Source of the DNA: a virus
Taxonomy: Duplodnaviria; Caudoviricetes
Virus record (IMG/VR): IMGVR_UViG_3300034894_000013
Location: 1-46,772 of that record
DNA length: 46,772 bases
Strand: one strand, 5' to 3'
Part shown: positions 9,520 through 17,210 of the stretch, in pieces
How positions within the stretch are numbered: position 1 is the stretch's first letter
Layout of the letters: every line of letters starts with the position of its first letter
Notes under the pieces: generated by a model
The model's input: only the letters and a program-made list of their open reading frames with translations
Told to the model about the DNA's origin: nothing
Database searches by the model: none
Position numbers and translations under genes: made by a program

Positions 9520-10713
9520 ATGGCTGATACATTCACGCGTCACGCGATAATCGGCGGCGACCCCGATGCATGGGGGCCGTTCGAACTTGCGATAAACAGT
9601 CTCGGGATAGGCGCACTATCCAGGAATCTATATCTTGATGGCGCGGATCTCAAGCTCAGCGCCGGATATCTTGGTTTTTATAATGGCTCGCAACGATACA
9701 AAATAGAAAACGCGGCGGCACAAACTATATCGATAGTCGGACTCACTGCGTCACGGTGGGCAAAAATTGAAATATCTATAGGCGTATCTGTAGTCATAGA
9801 AATAACGTCAATCGGAGCCGGAACCGACCCCGCTACACTGCCTACCTCGTTCACCGGGGCATTTGATCCGACGAAAGGCGGATTTTACGAGACCGCGACT
9901 AAAAGAATTTTAGGGCTCGTGTGGATTAACGCGGCGGGCGCTGTCGAGGGAATCGTCAACGCAATAGGCGGAATCGAGGGATACTCTGGGTACTCCACGA
10001 GCGACGACGCTATCGATCAGATATTTGTTTTTCAAAAAATAAATTATTCGTGTACTCAAGTTGGCGCGTATGAAACAGGATTTACGGCGCAATCAAATAC
10101 ATATGCAGTCAAGGCATATAAGGCTTATAAGGGCGGGGAATATGCGAAACGGTTGATTATCTACGCAACGGCGGGGGCGGGGGGATGGGGTGTCGATTTA
10201 CCAGACGCGACCATCGATACGGATCGAGAAATTGAAGTAGTAAAAATTGATTCTGGAGTCGGAACGATTACGCTCGACGGTAACGGAGCGCAGACGATAA
10301 ACGGGTTAGGAACAATAGGAATTGTTTTACAGTGGGACTCGGCAATAATTAAATCGAATGGGTCGAACTGGATTATTACGAAATGCCCAATCTTAGTAGT
10401 AGACTCCGCTGCCCTCGCGGTAAATCAGGTTCAAGCTCTCGCGCATGGTCTCGGAGTGAAGCCGAATATTATTGATTCTTCCCTGCTTTGTGTGACAGGA
10501 GAGGCGGGATATTCCGCAGGAGACGAAATACAAAAATCGGCGATGACAGATTATGGGGGTGGTAATAACCGAGTGTTTAGCGTTGTGAAAGATGCTACGA
10601 ATATTACAACGTTAACGGGCTCTCAAGCACTTTTGATTCAGAATAAAGGAACCGCCGCGCTTACACTTTTAACTATGGCAAATTGGAAAATAAGGATAAG
10701 ATTTACTTTTTAA
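9520..10713 (+). CDS. Tail fibre / receptor-binding protein 2
   Basis: AGGAGG RBS; LPDA..TING..SNGSNWII fibre module; AHGLGVKP. Confidence 0.75.
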   Translation: MADTFTRHAIIGGDPDAWGPFELAINSLGIGALSRNLYLDGADLKLSAGYLGFYNGSQRYKIENAAAQTISIVGLTASRWAKIEISIGVSVVIEITSIGAGTDPATLPTSFTGAFDPTKGGFYETATKRILGLVWINAAGAVEGIVNAIGGIEGYSGYSTSDDAIDQIFVFQKINYSCTQVGAYETGFTAQSNTYAVKAYKAYKGGEYAKRLIIYATAGAGGWGVDLPDATIDTDREIEVVKIDSGVGTITLDGNGAQTINGLGTIGIVLQWDSAIIKSNGSNWIITKCPILVVDSAALAVNQVQALAHGLGVKPNIIDSSLLCVTGEAGYSAGDEIQKSAMTDYGGGNNRVFSVVKDATNITTLTGSQALLIQNKGTAALTLLTMANWKIRIRFTF

Positions 10714-10717
10714 GGAG

Positions 10718-10912
10718 TTGAAAATGAGTAGAACCGTAACAGTCGAGAAGACAGCGCCTAACAAATACAAACGAACGACAATAGATGTTGACGACAATTT
10801 CAATGTTGACGAAGCTATACAAAGTGTGAAAAACAATATTACAAACGCTCAAGCATATATCATATCACAACAGGCATTACAGGCGCAACTTGAGGCGGAG
10901 AAAAATAAATAA
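10718..10912 (+). CDS. Hypothetical small coiled-coil protein
   Basis: AAGGAG RBS; tightly packed ORF. Confidence 0.6.
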   Translation: MKMSRTVTVEKTAPNKYKRTTIDVDDNFNVDEAIQSVKNNITNAQAYIISQQALQAQLEAEKNK

Positions 10913-11409
10913 TGTGCGCGAAAGGTGAACAAATGAATATCGGACCAAGCGAATGGGAATACATCAAGAATGAATTGATAAAACCTTATATGAACGAGAT
11001 TCAAACGTATTCGCGGTTTACTCGTAAAGACATTGGGAAACTGAGAAGTGATTTTAGAATACATCTTAATCAAAACAACGCGCAGGAAAAAAGATTTATC
11101 GAGCTGTCGAGTATAATAAAAAGATCCCTTATCCCCGCGCTAAACCGAGTAACAAAATTCGTCAAGGATTGCAGGGCCGGAGAAGCTGGAAGGATTAAAC
11201 AGGCTACGGGGGCAATAAAGAAAACTCCCGTATGGCAAGCACTAATATTATATCTCGCTGTTATATCCGGATTGACAGGGGGAGTGTTAGTGATTACAAG
11301 AGAAATATATGGTTTCGAACAGGTAAAAGCGCAACTAAAAGAACAAAAAGAAATTAATATCAAACAGGATGCAATTATTCAGGCGATACCAAAAGGCCCG
11401 AGTCAATAG
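10912..11409 (+). CDS. Membrane protein upstream of endolysin (possible lysis accessory)
   Basis: One hydrophobic segment near the C-terminus. Confidence 0.5.
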   Translation: MCAKGEQMNIGPSEWEYIKNELIKPYMNEIQTYSRFTRKDIGKLRSDFRIHLNQNNAQEKRFIELSSIIKRSLIPALNRVTKFVKDCRAGEAGRIKQATGAIKKTPVWQALILYLAVISGLTGGVLVITREIYGFEQVKAQLKEQKEINIKQDAIIQAIPKGPSQ

Positions 11410-11419
11410 GAGGTAGTAC

Positions 11420-12010
11420 ATGTGGGATAAGAAACGAGCAGTCGTCAACGACGTAGCGATAATCGACGATATCATAATCCATCACTCGGCAGGCTCGCGG
11501 CTTAACGGCATGGTACCGGAAAAAGTGTTCGAGTTATTTAATGGCGTTGGATTCTCGCGGCTGTATGAAAAACACGGTTACGATTTCGCAACAGGATACT
11601 CTGAAAAATACGGGCAAAATTACCATAAACACGACGGGAAGATTTCATATGCCGGGTATCACTACTGTACGTACGAATACGGACCCGGAGAGTACGTCAC
11701 GATATCGCTTATCGATGATCCGATGTGGACGGATGCCGGATCGACAGGCGATAGAGCCGTCAACGCCCGATCTATCGCCCACGTGTTCGCTGGTAATTTT
11801 GAGGATGAGAATATACCTGAGAGCATGGTCGAGTATTATATCAAAATGTTTCGCAAGGCCGCTCCGCTTAGTTGGATTTTGCATAAAAATAAATATATAC
11901 AGATTAAGGGACACCGGGACGTCGATAATACGGCGTGTCCTGGAAAATATTTGTACACGTACATACCGCGTATGCAGCGCGAGATCGCAGAGATAGGGAG
12001 GACGATATGA
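11420..12010 (+). CDS. Endolysin, N-acetylmuramoyl-L-alanine amidase (Amidase_2)
   Basis: IIIHHS, YHY, N..SI...FAGNF, GHRDVDNTACPG Zn-amidase motifs. Confidence 0.9.
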   Translation: MWDKKRAVVNDVAIIDDIIIHHSAGSRLNGMVPEKVFELFNGVGFSRLYEKHGYDFATGYSEKYGQNYHKHDGKISYAGYHYCTYEYGPGEYVTISLIDDPMWTDAGSTGDRAVNARSIAHVFAGNFEDENIPESMVEYYIKMFRKAAPLSWILHKNKYIQIKGHRDVDNTACPGKYLYTYIPRMQREIAEIGRTI

Positions 12011-12243
12011 TCGAGGTTTTTTCATGTGGTACCGAGATTGATATTATTGCACCTGTTCCAATACCGGCTATTATTACCGGAATATGTATACGCGAGAATA
12101 ATAATGTTTCATATGAAATACAATATTTTCACAACGGAGAAAATAGGTGTGTGTGGTTATATGAATGTCAATTGCAGGGCCGCAGTAGCGCAAAAAAAAC
12201 TGAAATAGGATTTTTAAATCAGGCAAAGAGGAGAAATAAATGA
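12007..12243 (+). CDS. Hypothetical protein
   Basis: GGAGG RBS, ATGA overlaps at both ends. Confidence 0.55.
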   Translation: MIEVFSCGTEIDIIAPVPIPAIITGICIRENNNVSYEIQYFHNGENRCVWLYECQLQGRSSAKKTEIGFLNQAKRRNK

Positions 12244-12479
12244 AAGACAAAGGGAAAAACGCGACAATAATTTTACTGCTTTCGATTTTTATTATCGGTT
12301 TATTGCTGATTATTTTTTGGCCGGATCGATTCGAATCGTTTATTTCGCTCGTGCAACTTGTGCTCGTTCCGATGTTGACGATTATGTTCGGGATCATCGG
12401 GCAGTCGATAGCGAAGGTAATCAAGGGCGAAAAGAAGATTGAAGAGGTTGAGGCGGAGTTGAGGGATGACGGGAAATGA
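12240..12479 (+). CDS. Putative holin (2 TM)
   Basis: Two hydrophobic helices, charged C-tail, near endolysin. Confidence 0.6.
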   Translation: MKDKGKNATIILLLSIFIIGLLLIIFWPDRFESFISLVQLVLVPMLTIMFGIIGQSIAKVIKGEKKIEEVEAELRDDGK

Positions 12480-12805
12480 CATGGGAAGCAGCCGTATTTA
12501 TTTTTCTCGGTGTCTGTCTGATAGTCTTGTTTATCATCTTTGCTATCACGCGCCGATTAAAAAAGCTCTGGATGTATATTGTAGGTCTCGTCCCGGTGAT
12601 CGTCGCCGGAGTCGCCGCATACGTGTCATCAAGGAAACAAGGAGAAAAATCAAATGAAAAAATTAACGATCCTGTTACTGCTGAGTCTATGCGTAACGAT
12701 ACAGGCGGAGGAGACGACGAATTACGATATAGCGGTAGCAATCGTGGAATTATCGAAGGGCTTAAACGGCGTGATCGAGAGCGGAAGTCTAAGAAACCTT
12801 ATTGA
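12476..12805 (+). CDS. Membrane protein (2 TM), possible inner lysis component
   Basis: Two hydrophobic segments then hydrophilic tail; ATGA overlap. Confidence 0.5.
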   Translation: MTWEAAVFIFLGVCLIVLFIIFAITRRLKKLWMYIVGLVPVIVAGVAAYVSSRKQGEKSNEKINDPVTAESMRNDTGGGDDELRYSGSNRGIIEGLKRRDRERKSKKPY

Positions 12806-12983
12806 TGATATCGTCTATGCGCTTGACGAAAAAGACAAGGCGATAGACTATAACGCATCTATCGCCCGTGAATGGAAGAGAGTTGCAGAAGAGAATAAGC
12901 GCGCATGGTGGGGAATATCCGCTAACGTGTTATTGCAGGACTGGAAACCTTCAATCGGTGTTGGAATTATTTTATTATTTTAA
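12654..12983 (+). CDS. Exported coiled-coil protein, possible spanin-like component
   Basis: AAGGAG RBS inside upstream gene; signal peptide; C-terminal beta-strand ending in Phe. Confidence 0.45.
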   Translation: MKKLTILLLLSLCVTIQAEETTNYDIAVAIVELSKGLNGVIESGSLRNLIDDIVYALDEKDKAIDYNASIAREWKRVAEENKRAWWGISANVLLQDWKPSIGVGIILLF

Positions 12984-13158
12984 CGGTGTCGAGTATTGCT
13001 GCTATACTGTTGCAAAAATAATTGTTTTTGTAATGATAACAATCTTCGCCGAGTTTCAGGCTTGATTTTTTAAAGAACTTGCATTTCCCTTGTCTTCGTT
13101 CGCGCGTTAAAAAAGAGCAGGCATAACTCACATCGAGTTTACATCCATTTTCTTTCAC
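12967..13158 (-). CDS. Cys-rich hypothetical protein
   Basis: ORF with RBS; last gene of the minus-strand arm. Confidence 0.5.
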   Translation of the reverse strand: MKENGCKLDVSYACSFLTRERRQGKCKFFKKSSLKLGEDCYHYKNNYFCNSIAAILDTVKIIK

Positions 13159-13346
13159 AACTTTTCTCCTATCAGTTTAGCCGTTTCCTCACACCGTTCC
13201 GCGATTATGTACCGCGCCGCGCCTCCGGACAGGAACCCTCCGAGCAGCGCGTCTGCAAGGTTGCCTATAGATATGTACTGATGCTCGGCGATATCGAGCA
13301 GATTCAAGAGCGCATTACGCGCCCTGTCTTCGTTTGTGGTCTCCAT
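13155..13346 (-). CDS. Hypothetical protein
   Basis: AGGAGG RBS. Confidence 0.6.
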   Translation of the reverse strand: METTNEDRARNALLNLLDIAEHQYISIGNLADALLGGFLSGGAARYIIAERCEETAKLIGEKL

Positions 13347-13509
13347 GTATCCTCCTGTTTATCGCTTCGATGTTCTCGTTACGTGTGATCGATCGCTCGG
13401 TCATGTAATAGCGTTGTGTGATGATAGACCGCGCGACGTAGACTATGAGCGCACACGGAGCGCCGATAGCTGTGATCGAGAGAATAATGTCACGCACCGT
13501 CGTTTCCAT
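13315..13509 (-). CDS. Hypothetical membrane protein
   Basis: AGGAGG RBS; one hydrophobic segment. Confidence 0.55.
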   Translation of the reverse strand: METTVRDIILSITAIGAPCALIVYVARSIITQRYYMTERSITRNENIEAINRRIHGDHKRRQGA

Positions 13510-13518
13510 AAAGCCTCC

Positions 13519-13623
13519 TTATAATTTCACAATCTTAAGAAGCATGAAAAAAGTAGCCGAGCAGAAACACAAAATCACAAAAACCATTACACACAAGACC
13601 ACCGATACAAATTCATTTTTCAT
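13519..13623 (-). CDS. Small membrane peptide (34 aa)
   Basis: MKNEFVSVVLCVMVFVILCFCSATFFMLLKIVKL; AGGAGG RBS; below ORF-track cutoff. Confidence 0.55.
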   Translation of the reverse strand: MKNEFVSVVLCVMVFVILCFCSATFFMLLKIVKL

Positions 13624-13632
13624 AATTCCTCC

Positions 13633-13836
13633 TTATTGCTCTCTATAAATATCTGTTATTACACCATTAAGCCGCTCGATTTCCGTGTCATTCTCCGCGA
13701 GCTTTTTCATTAACTCGGCGTTCTCGGTTTCGAGCTGTGCTGATAACTTGTCTATCTTTGATAGCGTCACTATTGTGCCATAATCGATATCTCCATTATC
13801 GCGTATGGCTTGCGTGTATTTCTGTATCTCGTTCAT
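13633..13836 (-). CDS. Hypothetical coiled-coil protein
   Basis: Start at MNEIQK after AGGAGGAGAGG RBS. Confidence 0.6.
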   Translation of the reverse strand: MNEIQKYTQAIRDNGDIDYGTIVTLSKIDKLSAQLETENAELMKKLAENDTEIERLNGVITDIYREQ

Positions 13837-13846
13837 CCTCTCCTCC

Positions 13847-14164
13847 TTATAATCGCGGCACATCAGTGCGGTGCATTTCGTTTGCGAGTTTCTTTAGCGA
13901 TTCTTGCACTGCTTTGCACTCTTCGTCGTCTACGTTATGAGAGCATAGATGATACGCGAACTGCGCAAAAAGTTTACGGTCGATTTTCCATTTTAGCCCA
14001 CCACACGACAAAGGAAATCCAATCATGTCGATATTGGCACCCCGCAAGTTGGCACCAAGCAAGTCGGCACCACGCAAGCTAATTTTTTCTTGCGCACAAT
14101 ACTTGGTTGCCTCTTTGATATTTTCGTGCTCCCCTGTGTAGATATTTTTAATTTCTATTTTCAT
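13847..14164 (-). CDS. Pentapeptide-repeat protein
   Basis: SLRGADLLGANLRGANID repeats; start MKIEIKN after strong RBS. Confidence 0.75.
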   Translation of the reverse strand: MKIEIKNIYTGEHENIKEATKYCAQEKISLRGADLLGANLRGANIDMIGFPLSCGGLKWKIDRKLFAQFAYHLCSHNVDDEECKAVQESLKKLANEMHRTDVPRL

Positions 14165-14186
14165 CCTCTCCTCCTTATAAAAAATA

Positions 14187-14274
14187 ATGCCCGGGGTGGA
14201 ATCGAACCACCGACACGCAAGCCGTATGTGTATGACCATGCGGCAAGCTGCTCTAACCACTGAGCTACCGGGCA
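14187..14274 (-). tRNA. Non-canonical tRNA-like RNA with extended anticodon arm (loop contains CAT)
   Basis: Acceptor TGCCCGG/CCGGGCA, D arm GCTC-AGTGGTTA-GAGC, T arm GGTGG-TTCGATT-CCACC; ~32-nt anticodon arm; no encoded CCA. Confidence 0.65.
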
Positions 14275-14281
14275 ACGTACT

Positions 14282-14515
14282 TTATGATTTCAGATAAAAC
14301 TCTTCTTTCCCTGTCTTCGGATTAACTCGCTCCTCCCATATAGAGTTGAGCGAATCAACAACGCCGTTATTTGCTTTTCGAAGTGTTCCAGCGACATTCG
14401 ACATTTCTTCGGTCGCGAGTTTTGCGTTAAACGAATTCACGAGCACCCTTGCGACCTCGGTTTTCTTGTACGCCGGATTCTGTAACGTAGCCTTCACCGC
14501 ATCTATCTCTTTCAT
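14282..14515 (-). CDS. Hypothetical protein
   Basis: AAGGAGG RBS. Confidence 0.65.
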   Translation of the reverse strand: MKEIDAVKATLQNPAYKKTEVARVLVNSFNAKLATEEMSNVAGTLRKANNGVVDSLNSIWEERVNPKTGKEEFYLKS

Positions 14516-14525
14516 ATATTCCTCC

Positions 14526-14709
14526 TTAATCTTCGAGTATTAACGTCTTGCACTTAGGGCAAGCGTAAATTTGTACACGTTTATTTATTTGACTTCCGTA
14601 ATTTGTTTCGCCCTCTATGGTCGCCACCATATCGATTTTTATAAAACGTTCGTCGCCTATTTGTTTATGATTTATGCCAGTTATAAACATATCCACAAAT
14701 ACATTTCAC
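14526..14709 (-). pseudogene. Frameshifted small Zn-finger protein
   Basis: AGGAGG-GTG gives MKCICGY..stop; another frame continues GDERFI...YACPKCKT; span is 3n+1. Confidence 0.5.
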
Positions 14710-14719
14710 GATTACCTCC

Positions 14720-14914
14720 TTATAGTATAGTGATCATAGATTTTCTGAGCGATATTTTATCACCGATATCTTTTTCGTTGTATGCCATCATGGCTCCTGC
14801 GAATCCGCTGGTTATAATACCGGTGACGGTATCCTCGTTTTGACTCTCAACCCGAATTGTAAACACTCCCTTTCTCTGATGGTCGATTTTATACGTTTTC
14901 CCAATCTCGAACAT
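14720..14914 (-). CDS. Hypothetical protein
   Basis: Start MFEIGK after AGGAGG. Confidence 0.65.
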   Translation of the reverse strand: MFEIGKTYKIDHQRKGVFTIRVESQNEDTVTGIITSGFAGAMMAYNEKDIGDKISLRKSMITIL

Positions 14915-14915
14915 G

Positions 14916-15059
14916 CTACCTCCTTGCCTCTTCAACCTCGTCCTCGGATTTCGCGCCGAGGATTTTCTTGATACGCTTGCACGACTCTTTCACGTTCGAA
15001 AAATGAAAGCTCGCGTCATCAAGGAACATTTTGTTTTTTTCGAAATCTATTAGTGTCAT
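14916..15059 (-). CDS. Hypothetical protein (47 aa)
   Basis: MTLIDFEKNK...EEARR; AGGAGG RBS; below ORF-track cutoff. Confidence 0.5.
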   Translation of the reverse strand: MTLIDFEKNKMFLDDASFHFSNVKESCKRIKKILGAKSEDEVEEARR

Positions 15060-15310
15060 CAATTACCTCCTTTAAAGTTACGGATTAAATCTACACATTC
15101 TTTAAGCCCGAGCCGTTCTTTAGAAAAACCTTCCAATGCAGTGCGAAGATGCTTAACCTGTCTAAACTGGTCCATGGGATATGCCTCTACGGCTTTCCGC
15201 ACAAAATCAGTAAGCGTATTATCATCTTCGAGTACCCACGTAAGCAGCTCTCTGTCTCGTGGATCTGTTGATTCTTTTAATCGCTGTTCGATTGTTGTTC
15301 TTGTTTTCAT
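15059..15310 (-). CDS. Hypothetical protein
   Basis: Start MKTRTT after AGGAGG. Confidence 0.6.
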   Translation of the reverse strand: MKTRTTIEQRLKESTDPRDRELLTWVLEDDNTLTDFVRKAVEAYPMDQFRQVKHLRTALEGFSKERLGLKECVDLIRNFKGGN

Positions 15311-15330
15311 ATTACCTCCTTCTCTCTCCG

Positions 15331-15474
15331 TGGGAACGGGCGGGATTATAACCCACACGGGAATTACGCGCTGTAGGCAGTCTCCATACTCCCCGAGTGC
15401 TGCCTCAGCATGTAATAGACATACGCTTCTATCCATTACTGGTTCGCGCTGCGTCTCATTTCGCCACCGCTCCC
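15331..15474 (-). ncRNA. tRNA-scaffold RNA with branched insert replacing the anticodon loop
   Basis: GGGAGCGG/CCGTTCCC acceptor, TG, D arm GCG-AAATGAGA-CGC, T arm GTGGG-TTATAAT-CCCGC; two internal hairpins. Confidence 0.55.
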
Positions 15475-15486
15475 ATAGAGGCCGGA

Positions 15487-15642
15487 TTACTCCGGCTTAA
15501 TCTCATACGAAACATAATACCTCGGCTGTCTGTTTAACAGCTTAAGTTTCTTTTCTGCTTCTTCTTTGTTCATGTTGTACGCAACAAATTGTTCAAAAAC
15601 ATCATCAAAATAACGAGCGATTTTATACTTCTTCTCATCCAT
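15487..15642 (-). CDS. Hypothetical protein (51 aa)
   Basis: MDEKKYKIARY...; GGAGG RBS; below ORF-track cutoff. Confidence 0.55.
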   Translation of the reverse strand: MDEKKYKIARYFDDVFEQFVAYNMNKEEAEKKLKLLNRQPRYYVSYEIKPE

Positions 15643-15658
15643 CTTTCTTACCTCCGAA

Positions 15659-15730
15659 TGGTTGCTCTGTGTTTTGATCTACCAGGCATTACTGGCTACA
15701 GCGATCCGATTAATGGCCTACAAAGCAACC
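15659..15730 (-). ncRNA. Candidate stem-closed small RNA
   Basis: GGTTGCTTTGT/ACAGAGCAACC 11-bp closing stem with internal CCAG/CTGG hairpin; intergenic. Confidence 0.35.
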
Positions 15731-15786
15731 GTTAAGAGGTGCCGAGGCTGCTCCTCGGCGCTATCCGGCATAACCCCACCGGAGTT

Positions 15787-15972
15787 TTAACCATTCGCCA
15801 CACTCGCTTGATTCCATGCTTTTTTGGCTCCGTGTATAGTATTCCTCCATGGCCCAAGTTTTCCGCAAACAGAACATTTTACTTGAAATACATGATCGCC
15901 TGATTTTCTCACAGTTTCTTGTATTTGCAGCGATTCTTGGTGATCGTGTTTTTTGCACTTCGATAATATCAT
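15787..15972 (-). CDS. Lar-like (restriction alleviation) Zn-finger protein
   Basis: CKKH...VKCSVCG.LGP......AKKAWN pattern. Confidence 0.5.
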   Translation of the reverse strand: MILSKCKKHDHQESLQIQETVRKSGDHVFQVKCSVCGKLGPWRNTIHGAKKAWNQASVANG

Positions 15973-16101
15973 GTTTACCTCCATTAAATAGAGGCTCGGA
16001 TTTCTCCGAGCCAAACCCGAAAAGAAAAGATATGCAGGATTTAAAACGCTAATTCGGGGCTAACGCACCCTTTCACCTTTGCCTGATGGTGTGGGATTTT
16101 C

Positions 16102-16184
16102 TGCGGGCAACAGGATTCGAACCTGTAGTTTTCTGCTTACCGGATTATGTATACGCATCGTGTTTACCGTTTCACCATGCCCGC
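16102..16184 (-). tRNA. Non-canonical tRNA-like RNA (Leu-like frame, no standard anticodon arm)
   Basis: Acceptor GCGGGCA/TGCCCGC + A, D arm GTG-AAACGGTAAA-CAC, T arm ACAGG-TTCGAAT-CCTGT; central 32 nt does not form a 5-bp/7-nt arm. Confidence 0.6.
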
Positions 16185-16405
16185 GATACAACGCGGAGCA
16201 ATAGACGCGCTATCGCTCCGCAACATAGCTATACTGTCGATACACGTGACCGCGAGGTTATCGACACAATCACTCGCGGCTCAAGGCCGATGTATATTCG
16301 GTGTCTCCATGATCTGCCTCTTCTGGCGTGTAGCCCGAAACTACACGCTATTACGGATGTTCTACAATCCAATTGGCCAATGGGCAAGGATGGATCGTTA
16401 TCCTT

Positions 16406-16612
16406 TTATAGATGCCTGTTATACGTTACCGCGTACGCTTCGCCTCTGTTCGATCCGAGTATTATCGGTGATGTCTCGAAAAGTGTACCGTCTCGCTCGT
16501 AGTGTTCCGTCCATGCGTGACCACCTTTTTCTTTGAGTAGTTTTTTCGCATCACGGATAGGCATACATTCGGGCTCGTCGTCTACGGTCTGTCTCCAATA
16601 ATGCAATCTCAT
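16406..16612 (-). CDS. Hypothetical protein
   Basis: ORF with GGAGG RBS. Confidence 0.6.
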   Translation of the reverse strand: MRLHYWRQTVDDEPECMPIRDAKKLLKEKGGHAWTEHYERDGTLFETSPIILGSNRGEAYAVTYNRHL

Positions 16613-16809
16613 ATCGATCCTCCTTTATCTATCACATTCGAAAAAATTATCGAGATTGACTGTCTATCTTCTTCGGTAATTATCGTTTCAGTTATCGTAA
16701 CATTCGGGCAGTGGTTCAAGATCGCCTCAAGCTGCTCGTCGCAAGCCTTTATAGCGGCGACACGCTGCGCGATAAAATCTTGTGATTCCTGTTCTGTTCT
16801 GTGTTTCAT
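16609..16809 (-). CDS. Hypothetical protein
   Basis: GGAGGAG RBS. Confidence 0.55.
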   Translation of the reverse strand: MKHRTEQESQDFIAQRVAAIKACDEQLEAILNHCPNVTITETIITEEDRQSISIIFSNVIDKGGSI

Positions 16810-16846
16810 GTTATCTCCTCCCCTCGTTGTCGTAGTAGGTCACGAA

Positions 16847-17107
16847 TTATTCAACTGATTTACGATTGCCGCATTTTTCGCAAACAAATTGTAGTTCCAT
16901 TTTGTTTTTACAGTTGCATATATCTTCGCTCAGATCGTTGATGTTGTGAGTACTGAGGTGCACTTGATCTATATCAGTTCGATTTTCTTCGATGTATTTT
17001 TTAAATTCTTCCGCTTTCTGCTTATTCGCGTAAAAACATGTACACCAGTTTTTACTTCCATTATCCATTCGTTTCGTATAATATGATTCGAGCATGTATA
17101 TTTTCAT
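16847..17107 (-). CDS. Hypothetical protein with C-terminal Zn-finger
   Basis: Start MKIYML after AGGAG; CNC...CEKC. Confidence 0.6.
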   Translation of the reverse strand: MKIYMLESYYTKRMDNGSKNWCTCFYANKQKAEEFKKYIEENRTDIDQVHLSTHNINDLSEDICNCKNKMELQFVCEKCGNRKSVE

Positions 17108-17210
17108 ATTTATCTCTCCTTTCAAGAGGAGCCGAGGAGGTACGCGCCTCGGCACGCGGATACGCTCCGGGATCGACAATTCGAAAGCCACGGTCGGAGC
17201 GGGGGTTAGT

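Noticed and set aside
8991-9527. Plus-strand 178-aa ORF between fibres
   Set aside because: The minus-strand ORF has promoter, RBS and signal peptide; this one has none
8191-10713. Diversity-generating retroelement or invertible fibre switch
   Set aside because: No reverse transcriptase, invertase, TR/VR pair or flanking inverted repeats seen
13847-14275. Long N-terminal extension of the pentapeptide ORF
   Set aside because: Overlaps the tRNA-like RNA; a strong RBS supports the start at 14164
16086-16536. Plus-strand ORFs of 138 and 129 aa
   Set aside because: Opposite to local transcription and overlapping structured RNAs; no RBS or motifs
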